64,000 nt of DNA, taken from contig OZ059897.1 in NCBI GenBank assembly GCA_964057225.1, positions 20,150,001 to 20,214,000 on the forward strand. The letters run 5' to 3'. How positions within the stretch are numbered: position 1 is the first letter of the stretch; each line of letters starts with the position of its first letter. The position numbers were made by a program, and so were the translations under genes. The stretch is from Auanema rhodensis. Taxonomy: Eukaryota; Animalia; Nematoda. This document shows positions 42,401-55,400 of this stretch, piece by piece. The notes beneath the pieces were generated by a model. It did not search any database, was not told where the DNA came from, and was given only the letters and a program-made list of their open reading frames with translations.

Positions 42401-45400
42401 GAACGCTTAATACAAAAATTAGTTATGATCGTTTGAAAAATGATGCATTAGTGTATGTTGAGTTTCCATGTACACTCAACATTGCTTCCAAAAACATTTT
42501 GACAAAAATTTTTTCGAAAAATTTCAAAATAATTTAGCAAAAAGTAGATGTTTTTAGATTCCTTTTTTCAAGGCGAAGACGATGGACAATGTTATTCAAC
42601 GAAAAAATTAATTCTTCAGGGTGAAAATCGAGGATATAAGTGTGAACTTATATCAGTTGATATCTCGGTACATTTTTAAGCTAGCGCAAATCTGATAACA
42701 CAGATCGACGCAGCTTAAAAATCCGCATCGAATGCACTATACTACATGGAAGAACGCTTAATACAAAAATTAGTTATGATCGTTTGAAAAATGATGCATT
42801 AGTGTATGTTGAGTTTCCATGTACACTCAACATTGCTTCCAAAAACATTTTGACAAAAATTTTTTCGAAAAATTTCAAAATAATTTAGCAAAAAGTAGAT
42901 GTTTTTAGATTCCTTTTTTCAAGGCAAAGACGATGGACAATGTTATTCAACGAAAAAATTATTTCTTCAGGGTGAAAATCGAGGATATAAGTGTGAACTT
43001 ATATCAGTTGATATATCGGTGCATTTTTAAGCTAGCGCAAATCTGATAACACAGATCGACGCAGCTTAAAAATCCGCATCGAATGCACTATACTACATTA
43101 AGAAACGCTTAATACAAAAATTAGTTATGATCGTTTGAAAAATGATGCATTAGTGTATGTTGAGTTTCCATGTACACTCAACATTGCTTCCAAAAACATT
43201 TTGACAAAAATTTTTTCGAAAAATTTCAAAATAATTTAGCAAAAAGTAGATGTTTTTAGATTCCTTTTTTCAAGGCGAAGACGATGGACAATGTTATTCA
43301 ACGAAAAAATTAATTCTTCAGGGTGAAAATCGAGGATATAAGTGTGAACTTATATCAGTTGATATCTCGGTACATTTTTAAGCTAGCGCAAATCTGATAA
43401 CACAGATCGACGCAGCTTAAAAATCCGCATCGAATGCACTATACTACATGGAAGAACGCTTAATACAAAAATTAGTTATGATCGTTTGAAAAATGATGCA
43501 TTAGTGTATGTTGAGTTTCCATGTACACTCAACATTGCTTCCAAAAACATTTTGACAAAAATTTTTTCGAAAAATTTCAAAATAATTTAGCAAAAAGTAG
43601 ATGTTTTTAGATTCCTTTTTTCAAGGCAAAGACGATGGACAATGTTATTCAACGAAAAAATTATTTCTTCAGGGTGAAAATCGAGGATATAAGTGTGAAC
43701 TTATATCAGTTGATATATCGGTGCATTTTTAAGCTAGCGCAAATCTGATAACACAGATCGACGCAGCTTAAAAATCCGCATCGAATGCACTATACTACAT
43801 TAAGAAACGCTTAATACAAAAATTAGTTATGATCGTTTGAAAAATGATGCATTAGTGTATGTTGAGTTTCCATGTACACTCAACATTGCTTCCAAAAACA
43901 TTTTGACAAAAATTTTTTCGAAAAATTTCAAAATAATTTAGCAAAAAGTAGATGTTTTTAGATTCCTTTTTTCAAGGCGAAGACGATGGACAATGTTATT
44001 CAACGAAAAAATTAATTCTTCAGGGTGAAAATCGAGGATATAAGTGTGAACTTATATCAGTTGATATCTCGGTACATTTTTAAGCTAGCGCAAATCTGAT
44101 AACACAGATCGACGCAGCTTAAAAATCCGCATCGAATGCACTATACTACATGGAAGAACGCTTAATACAAAAATTAGTTATGATCGTTTGAAAAATGATG
44201 CATTAGTGTATGTTGAGTTTCCATGTACACTCAACATTGCTTCCAAAAACATTTTGACAAAAATTTTTTCGAAAAATTTCAAAATAATTTAGCAAAAAGT
44301 AGATGTTTTTAGATTCCTTTTTTCAAGGCGAAGACGATGGACAATGTTATTCAACGAAAAAATTAATTCTTCAGGGTGAAAATCGAGGATATAAGTGTGA
44401 ACTTATATCAGTTGATATCTCGGTACATTTTTAAGCTAGCGCAAATCTGATAACACAGATCGACGCAGCTTAAAAATCCGCATCGAATGCACTATACTAC
44501 ATGGAAGAACGCTTAATACAAAAATTAGTTATGATCGTTTGAAAAATGATGCATTAGTGTATGTTGAGTTTCGATGTACACTCAACATTGCTTCCAAAAA
44601 CATTTTGACAAAAATTTTTTCGAAAAATTTCAAAATAATTTAGCAAAAAGTAGATGTTTTTAGATTCCTTTTTTCAAGGCAAAGACGATGGACAATGTTA
44701 TTCAACGAAAAAATTATTTCTTCAGGGTGAAAATCGAGGATATAAGTGTGAACTTATATCAGTTGATATATCGGTGCATTTTTAAGCTAGCGCAAATCTG
44801 ATAACACAGATCGACGCAGCTTAAAAATCCGCATCGAATGCACTATACTACATTAAGAAACGCTTAATACAAAAATTAGTTATGATCGTTTGAAAAATGA
44901 TGCATTAGTGTATGTTGAGTTTCCATGTACACTCAACATTGCTTCCAAAAACATTTTGACAAAAATTTTTTCGAAAAATTTCAAAATAATTTAGCAAAAA
45001 GTAGATGTTTTTAGATTCCTTTTTTCAAGGCGAAGACGATGGACAATGTTATTCAACGAAAAAATTAATTCTTCAGGGTGAAAATCGAGGATATAAGTGT
45101 GAACTTATATCAGTTGATATCTCGGTACATTTTTAAGCTAGCGCAAATCTGATAACACAGATCGACGCAGCTTAAAAATCCGCATCGAATGCACTATACT
45201 ACATGGAAGAACGCTTAATACAAAAATTAGTTATGATCGTTTGAAAAATGATGCATTAGTGTATGTTGAGTTTCCATGTACACTCAACATTGCTTCCAAA
45301 AACATTTTGACAAAAATTTTTTCGAAAAATTTCAAAATAATTTAGCAAAAAGTAGATGTTTTTAGATTCCTTTTTTCAAGGCAAAGACGATGGACAATGT

Positions 45401-48400
45401 TATTCAACGAAAAAATTATTTCTTCAGGGTGAAAATCGAGGATATAAGTGTGAACTTATATCAGTTGATATATCGGTGCATTTTTAAGCTAGCGCAAATC
45501 TGATAACACAGATCGACGCAGCTTAAAAATCCGCATCGAATGCACTATACTACATGGAAGAACGCTTAATACAAAAATTAGTTATGATCGTTTGAAAAAT
45601 GATGCATTAGTGTATGTTGAGTTTCCATGTACACTCAACATTGCTTCCAAAAACATTTTGACAAAAATTTTTTCGAAAAATTTCAAAATAATTTAGCAAA
45701 AAGTAGATGTTTTTAGATTCCTTTTTTCAAGGCGAAGACGATGGACAATGTTATTCAACGAAAAAATTAATTCTTCAGGGTGAAAATCGAGGATATAAGT
45801 GTGAACTTATATCAGTTGATATCTCGGTACATTTTTAAGCTAGCGCAAATCTGATAACACAGATCGACGCAGCTTAAAAATCCGCATCGAATGCACTATA
45901 CTACATGGAAGAACGCTTAATACAAAAATTAGTTATGATCGTTTGAAAAATGATGCATTAGTGTATGTTGAGTTTCCATGTACACTCAACATTGCTTCCA
46001 AAAACATTTTGACAAAAATTTTTTCGAAAAATTTCAAAATAATTTAGCAAAAAGTAGATGTTTTTAGATTCCTTTTTTCAAGGCAAAGACGATGGACAAT
46101 GTTATTCAACGAAAAAATTATTTCTTCAGGGTGAAAATCGAGGATATAAGTGTGAACTTATATCAGTTGATATATCGGTGCATTTTTAAGCTAGCGCAAA
46201 TCTGATAACACAGATCGACGCAGCTTAAAAATCCGCATCGAATGCACTATACTACATTAAGAAACGCTTAATACAAAAATTAGTTATGATCGTTTGAAAA
46301 ATGATGCATTAGTGTATGTTGAGTTTCCATGTACACTCAACATTGCTTCCAAAAACATTTTGACAAAAATTTTTTCGAAAAATTTCAAAATAATTTAGCA
46401 AAAAGTAGATGTTTTTAGATTCCTTTTTTCAAGGCGAAGACGATGGACAATGTTATTCAACGAAAAAATTAATTCTTCAGGGTGAAAATCGAGGATATAA
46501 GTGTGAACTTATATCAGTTGATATCTCGGTACATTTTTAAGCTAGCGCAAATCTGATAACACAGATCGACGCAGCTTAAAAATCCGCATCGAATGCACTA
46601 TACTACATGGAAGAACGCTTAATACAAAAATTAGTTATGATCGTTTGAAAAATGATGCATTAGTGTATGTTGAGTTTCCATGTACACTCAACATTGCTTC
46701 CAAAAACATTTTGACAAAAATTTTTTCGAAAAATTTCAAAATAATTTAGCAAAAAGTAGATGTTTTTAGATTCCTTTTTTCAAGGCGAAGACGATGGACA
46801 ATGTTATTCAACGAAAAAATTAATTCTTCAGGGTGAAAATCGAGGATATAAGTGTGAACTTATATCAGTTGATATCTCGGTACATTTTTAAGCTAGCGCA
46901 AATCTGATAACACAGATCGACGCAGCTTAAAAATCCGCATCGAATGCACTATACTACATGGAAGAACGCTTAATACAAAAATTAGTTATGATCGTTTGAA
47001 AAATGATGCATTAGTGTATGTTGAGTTTCCATGTACACTCAACATTGCTTCCAAAAACATTTTGACAAAAATTTTTTCGAAAAATTTCAAAATAATTTAG
47101 CAAAAAGTAGATGTTTTTAGATTCCTTTTTTCAAGGCAAAGACGATGGACAATGTTATTCAACGAAAAAATTATTTCTTCAGGGTGAAAATCGAGGATAT
47201 AAGTGTGAACTTATATCAGTTGATATATCGGTGCATTTTTAAGCTAGCGCAAATCTGATAACACAGATCGACGCAGCTTAAAAATCCGCATCGAATGCAC
47301 TATACTACATTAAGAAACGCTTAATACAAAAATTAGTTATGATCGTTTGAAAAATGATGCATTAGTGTATGTTGAGTTTCCATGTACACTCAACATTGCT
47401 TCCAAAAACATTTTGACAAAAATTTTTTCGAAAAATTTCAAAATAATTTAGCAAAAAGTAGATGTTTTTAGATTCCTTTTTTCAAGGCGAAGACGATGGA
47501 CAATGTTATTCAACGAAAAAATTAATTCTTCAGGGTGAAAATCGAGGATATAAGTGTGAACTTATATCAGTTGATATCTCGGTACATTTTTAAGCTAGCG
47601 CAAATCTGATAACACAGATCGACGCAGCTTAAAAATCCGCATCGAATGCACTATACTACATGGAAGAACGCTTAATACAAAAATTAGTTATGATCGTTTG
47701 AAAAATGATGCATTAGTGTATGTTGAGTTTCCATGTACACTCAACATTGCTTCCAAAAACATTTTGACAAAAATTTTTTCGAAAAATTTCAAAATAATTT
47801 AGCAAAAAGTAGATGTTTTTAGATTCCTTTTTTCAAGGCAAAGACGATGGACAATGTTATTCAACGAAAAAATTATTTCTTCAGGGTGAAAATCGAGGAT
47901 ATAAGTGTGAACTTATATCAGTTGATATATCGGTGCATTTTTAAGCTAGCGCAAATCTGATAACACAGATCGACGCAGCTTAAAAATCCGCATCGAATGC
48001 ACTATACTACATTAAGAAACGCTTAATACAAAAATTAGTTATGATCGTTTGAAAAATGATGCATTAGTGTATGTTGAGTTTCCATGTACACTCAACATTG
48101 CTTCCAAAAACATTTTGACAAAAATTTTTTCGAAAAATTTCAAAATAATTTAGCAAAAAGTAGATGTTTTTAGATTCCTTTTTTCAAGGCGAAGACGATG
48201 GACAATGTTATTCAACGAAAAAATTAATTCTTCAGGGTGAAAATCGAGGATATAAGTGTGAACTTATATCAGTTGATATCTCGGTACATTTTTAAGCTAG
48301 CGTAAATCTGATAACACAGATCGACGCAGCTTAAAAATCCGCATCGAATGCACTATACTACATGGAAGAACGCTTAATACAAAAATTAGTTATGATCGTT

Positions 48401-49480
48401 TGAAAAATGATGCATTAGTGTATGTTGAGTTTCCATGTACACTCAACATTGCTTCCAAAAACATTTTGACAAAAATTTTTTCGAAAAATTTCAAAATAAT
48501 TTAGCAAAAAGTAGATGTTTTTAGATTCCTTTTTTCAAGGCAAAGACGATGGACAATGTTATTCAACGAAAAAATTATTTCTTCAGGGTGAAAATCGAGG
48601 ATATAAGTGTGAACTTATATCAGTTGATATATCGGTGCATTTTTAAGCTAGCGCAAATCTGATAACACAGATCGACGCAGCTTAAAAATCCGCATCGAAT
48701 GCACTATACTACATTAAGAAACGCTTAATACAAAAATTAGTTATGATCGTTTGAAAAATGATGCATTAGTGTATGTTGAGTTTCCATGTACACTCAACAT
48801 TGCTTCCAAAAACATTTTGACAAAAATTTTTTCGAAAAATTTCAAAATAATTTAGCAAAAAGTAGATGTTTTTAGATTCCTTTTTTCAAGGCGAAGACGA
48901 TGGACAATGTTATTCAACGAAAAAATTAATTCTTCAGGGTGAAAATCGAGGATATAAGTGTGAACTTATATCAGTTGATATCTCGGTACATTTTTAAGCT
49001 AGCGCAAATCTGATAACACAGATCGACGCAGCTTAAAAATCCGCATCGAATGCACTATACTACATGGAAGAACGCTTAATACAAAAATTAGTTATGATCG
49101 TTTGAAAAATGATGCATTAGTGTATGTTGAGTTTCCATGTACACTCAACATTGCTTCCAAAAACATTTTGACAAAAATTTTTTCGAAAAATTTCAAAATA
49201 ATTTAGCAAAAAGTAGATGTTTTTAGATTCCTTTTTTCAAGGCGAAGACGATGGACAATGTTATTCAACGAAAAAATTAATTCTTCAGGGTGAAAATCGA
49301 GGATATAAGTGTGAACTTATATCAGTTGATATCTCGGTACATTTTTAAGCTAGCGCAAATCTGATAACACAGATCGACGCAGCTTAAAAATCCGCATCGA
49401 ATGCACTATACTACATGGAAGAACGCTTAATACAAAAATTAGTTATGATCGTTTGAAAAATGATGCATTAGTGTATGTTG

Positions 49481-52400
49481 AGTTTCCATGTACACTCAAC
49501 ATTGCTTCCAAAAACATTTTGACAAAAATTTTTTCGAAAAATTTCAAAATAATTTAGCAAAAAGTAGATGTTTTTAGATTCCTTTTTTCAAGGCAAAGAC
49601 GATGGACAATGTTATTCAACGAAAAAATTAATTCTTCAGGGTGAAAATCGAGGATATAAGTGTGAACTTATATCAGTTGATATCTCGGTGCATTTTTAAG
49701 CTAGCGCAAATCTGATAACACAGATCGACGCAGCTTAAAAATCCGCATCGAATGCACTATACTACATTGAGAAACGCTTAATACAAAAATTAGTTATGAT
49801 CGTTTGAAAAATGATGCATTAGTGTATGTTGAGTTTCCATGTACACTCAACATTGCTTCCAAAAACATTTTGACAAAAATTTTTTCGAAAAATTTCAAAA
49901 TAATTTAGCAAAAAGTAGATGTTTTTAGATTCCTTTTTTCAAGGCGAAGACGATGGACAATGTTATTCAACGAAAAAATTAATTCTTCAGGGTGAAAATC
50001 GAGGATATAAGTGTGAACTTATATCAGTTGATATCTCGGTACATTTTTAAGCTAGCGCAAATCTGATAACACAGATCGACGCAGCTTAAAAATCCGCATC
50101 GAATGCACTATACTACATGGAAGAACGCTTAATACAAAAATTAGTTATGATCGTTTGAAAAATGATGCATTAGTGTATGTTGAGTTTCCATGTACACTCA
50201 ACATTGCTTCCAAAAACATTTTGACAAAAATTTTTTCGAAAAATTTCAAAATAATTTAGCAAAAAGTAGATGTTTTTAGATTCCTTTTTTCAAGGCAAAG
50301 ACGATGAACAATGTTATTCAACGAAAAAATTAATTCTTCAGGCTGAAAATCGAGCATATAAGTGTAAACTTATATCAGTTGATATCTCGGTGCATTTTTA
50401 AGCTAGCGCAAATCTGATAACACAGATCGACGCAGCTTAAAAATCCGCATCGAATGCACTATACTACATTGAGAAACGCTTAATACAAAAATTAGTTATG
50501 ATCGTTTGAAAAATGATGCATTAGTGTATGTTGAGTTTCCATGTACACTCAACATTGCTTCCAAAAACATTTTGACAAAAATTTTTTCGAAAAATTTCAA
50601 AATAATTTAGCAAAAAGTAGATGTTTTTAGATTTCTTTTTGCAAGGCAAAGACGATGGACAATGTTATTTAACGAAAAAATTAATTCTTCAGGGTGAAAA
50701 TCGAGGATAAAAGTGTAAACTTATATCAGTTGATATCTCGGTGCATTTTTAAGCTAGCGCAAATCTGATAACACAGATCGACGCAGCTTAAAAATCCGCA
50801 TCGAATGCACTATACTACATTGAGAAACGCTTAATACAAAAATTAGTTATGATCGTTTGAAAAATGATGCATTAGTGTATGTTGAGTTTCCATGTACACT
50901 CAACATTGCTTCCAAAAACATTTTGACAAAAATTTTTTCGAAAAATTTCAAAATAATTTAGCAAAAAGTAGATGTTTTTAGATTCCTTTTTTCAAGGCGA
51001 AGACGATGGACAATGTTATTCAACGAAAAAATTAATTCTTCAGGGTGAAAATCGAGGATATAAGTGTGAACTTATATCAGTTGATATCTCGGTACATTTT
51101 TAAGCTAGCGCAAATCTGATAACACAGATCGACGCAGCTTAAAAATCCGCATCGAATGCACTATACTACATGGAAGAACGCTTAATACAAAAATTAGTTA
51201 TGATCGTTTGAAAAATGATGCATTAGTGTATGTTGAGTTTCCATGTGCACTCAACATTGCTTCCAAAAACATTTTGACAAAAATTTTTTCGAAAAATTTC
51301 AAAATAATTTAGCAAAAAGTAGATGTTTTTAGATTCCTTTTTTCAAGGCGAAGACGATGGACAATGTTATTCAACGAAAAAATTAATTCTTCAGGGTGAA
51401 AATCGAGGATATAAGTGTGAACTTATATCAGTTGATATCTCGGTACATTTTTAAGCTAGCGCAAATCTGATAACACAGATCGACGCAGCTTAAAAATCCG
51501 CATCGAATGCACTATACTACATGGAAGAACGCTTAATACAAAAATTAGTTATGATCGTTTGAAAAATGATGCATTAGTGTATGTTGAGTTTCCATGTACA
51601 CTCAACATTGCTTCCAAAAACATTTTGACAAAAATTTTTTCGAAAAATTTCAAAATAATTTAGCAAAAAGTAGATGTTTTTAGATTCCTTTTTTCAAGGC
51701 AAAGACGATGGACAATGTTATTCAACGAAAAAATTATTTCTTCAGGGTGAAAATCGAGGATATAAGTGTGAACTTATATCAGTTGATATATCGGTGCATT
51801 TTTAAGCTAGCGCAAATCTGATAACACAGATCGACGCAGCTTAAAAATCCGCATCGAATGCACTATACTACATTAAGAAACGCTTAATACAAAAATTAGT
51901 TATGATCGTTTGAAAAATGATGCATTAGTGTATGTTGAGTTTCCATGTACACTCAACATTGCTTCCAAAAACATTTTGACAAAAATTTTTTCGAAAAATT
52001 TCAAAATAATTTAGCAAAAAGTAGATGTTTTTAGATTCCTTTTTTCAAGGCAAAGACGATGGACAATGTTATTCAACGAAAAAATTAATTCTTCAGGGTG
52101 AAAATCGAGGATATAAGTGTGAACTTATATCAGTTGATATCTCGGTACATTTTTAAGCTAGCGCAAATCTGATAACACAGATCGACGCAGCTTAAAAATC
52201 CGCATCGAATGCACTATACTACATGGAAGAACGCTTAATACAAAAATTAGTTATGATCGTTTGAAAAATGATGCATTAGTGTATGTTGAGTTTCCATGTA
52301 CACTCAACATTGCTTCCAAAAACATTTTGACAAAAATTTTTTCGAAAAATTTCAAAATAATTTAGCAAAAAGTAGATGTTTTTAGATTCCTTTTTTCAAG

Positions 52401-55400
52401 GCAAAGACGATGGACAATGTTATTCAACGAAAAAATTATTTCTTCAGGGTGAAAATCGAGGATATAAGTGTGAACTTATATCAGTTGATATATCGGTGCA
52501 TTTTTAAGCTAGCGCAAATCTGATAACACAGACCGACGCAGCTTAAAAATCCGCATCGAATGCACTATACTACATTAAGAAACGCTTAATACAAAAATTA
52601 GTTATGATCGTTTGAAAAATGATGCATTAGTGTATGTTGAGTTTCCATGTACACTCAACATTGCTTCCAAAAACATTTTGACAAAAATTTTTTCGAAAAA
52701 TTTCAAAATAATTTAGCAAAAAGTAGATGTTTTTAGATTCCTTTTTTCAAGGCGAAGACGATGGACAATGTTATTCAACGAAAAAATTAATTCTTCAGGG
52801 TGAAAATCGAGGATATAAGTGTGAACTTATATCAGTTGATATCTCGGTACATTTTTAAGCTAGCGCAAATCTGATAACACAGATCGACGCAGCTTAAAAA
52901 TCCGCATCGAATGCACTATACTACATGGAAGAACGCTTAATACAAAAATTAGTTATGATCGTTTGAAAAATGATGCATTAGTGTATGTTGAGTTTCCATG
53001 TACACTCAACATTGCTTCCAAAAACATTTTGACAAAAATTTTTTCGAAAAATTTCAAAATAATTTAGCAAAAAGTAGATGTTTTTAGATTCCTTTTTTCA
53101 AGGCAAAGACGATGGACAATGTTATTCAACGAAAAAATTATTTCTTCAGGGTGAAAATCGAGGATATAAGTGTGAACTTATATCAGTTGATATATCGGTG
53201 CATTTTTAAGCTAGCGCAAATCTGATAACACAGATCGACGCAGCTTAAAAATCCGCATCGAATGCACTATACTACATTAAGAAACGCTTAATACAAAAAT
53301 TAGTTATGATCGTTTGAAAAATGATGCATTAGTGTATGTTGAGTTTCCATGTACACTCAACATTGCTTCCAAAAACATTTTGACAAAAATTTTTTCGAAA
53401 AATTTCAAAATAATTTAGCAAAAAGTAGATGTTTTTAGATTCCTTTTTTCAAGGCGAAGACGATGAACAATGTTATTCAACGAAAAAATTAATTCTTCAG
53501 GGTGAAAATCGAGGATATAAGTGTGAACTTATATCAGTTGATATCTCGGTGCATTTTTAAGCTAGCGCAAATCTGATAACACAGATCGACGCAGCTTAAA
53601 AATCCGCATCGAATGCACTATACTACATTGAGAAACGCTTAATACAAAAATTAGTTATGATCGTTTGAAAAATGATGCATTAGTGTATGTTGAGTTTCCA
53701 TGTACACTCAACATTGCTTCCAAAAACATTTTGACAAAAATTTTTTCGAAAAATTTCAAAATAATTTAGCAAAAAGTAGATGTTTTTAGATTCCTTTTTT
53801 CAAGGCGAAGACGATGGACAATGTTATTCAACGAAAAAATTAATTCTTCAGGGTGAAAATCGAGGATATAAGTGTGAACTTATATCAGTTGATATCTCGG
53901 TACATTTTTAAGCTAGCGCAAATCTGATAACACAGATCGACGCAGCTTAAAAATCCGCATCGAATGCACTATACTACATGGAAGAACGCTTAATACAAAA
54001 ATTAGTTATGATCGTTTGAAAAATGATGCATTAGTGTATGTTGAGTTTCCATGTACACTCAACATTGCTTCCAAAAACATTTTGACAAAAATTTTTTCGA
54101 AAAATTTCAAAATAATTTAGCAAAAAGTAGATGTTTTTAGATTCCTTTTTTCAAGGCAAAGACGATGAACAATGTTATTCAACGAAAAAATTAATTCTTC
54201 AGGGTGAAAATCGAGGATATAAGTGTAAACTTATATCAGTTGATATCTCGGTGCATTTTTAAGCTAGCGCAAATCTGATAACACAGATCGACGCAGCTTA
54301 AAAATCCGCATCGAATGCACTATACTACATTAAGAAACGCTTAATACAAAAATTAGTTATGATCGTTTGAAAAATGATGCATTAGTGTATGTTGAGTTTC
54401 CATGTACACTCAACATTGCTTCCAAAAACATTTTGACAAAAATTTTTTCGAAAAATTTCAAAATAATTTAGCAAAAAGTAGATGTTTTTAGATTCCTTTT
54501 TTCAAGGCAAAGACGATGGACAATGTTATTTAACGAAAAAATTAATTCTTCAGGGTGAAAATCGAGGATAAAAGTGTAAACTTATATCAGTTGATATCTC
54601 GGTGCATTTTTAAGCTAGCGCAAATCTGATAACACAGATCGACGCAGCTTAAAAATCCGCATCGAATGCACTATACTACATTGAGAAACGCTTAATACAA
54701 AAATTAGTTATGATCGTTTGAAAAATGATGCATTAGTGTATGTTGAGTTTCCATGTACACTCAACATTGCTTCCAAAAACATTTTGACAAAAATTTTTTC
54801 GAAAAATTTCAAAATAATTTAGCAAAAAGTAGATGTTTTTAGATTCCTTTTTTCAAGGCGAAGACGATGGACAATGTTATTCAACGAAAAAATTAATTCT
54901 TCAGGGTGAAAATCGAGGATATAAGTGTGAACTTATATCAGTTGATATCTCGGTACATTTTTAAGCTAGCGCAAATCTGATAACACAGATCGACGCAGCT
55001 TAAAAATCCGCATCGAATGCACTTTACTACATGGAAGAACGCTTAATACAAAAATTAGTTATGATCGTTTGAAAAATGATGCATTAGTGTATGTTGAGTT
55101 TCCATGTACACTCAACATTGCTTCCAAAAACATTTTGACAAAAATTTTTTCGAAAAATTTCAAAATAATTTAGCAAAAAGTAGATGTTTTTAGATTCCTT
55201 TTTTCAAGGCGAAGACGATGGACAATGTTATTCAACGAAAAAATTAATTCTTCAGGGTGAAAATCGAGGATATAAGTGTGAACTTATATCAGTTGATATC
55301 TCGGTACATTTTTAAGCTAGCGCAAATCTGATAACACAGATCGACGCAGCTTAAAAATCCGCATCGAATGCACTATACTACATGGAAGAACGCTTAATAC

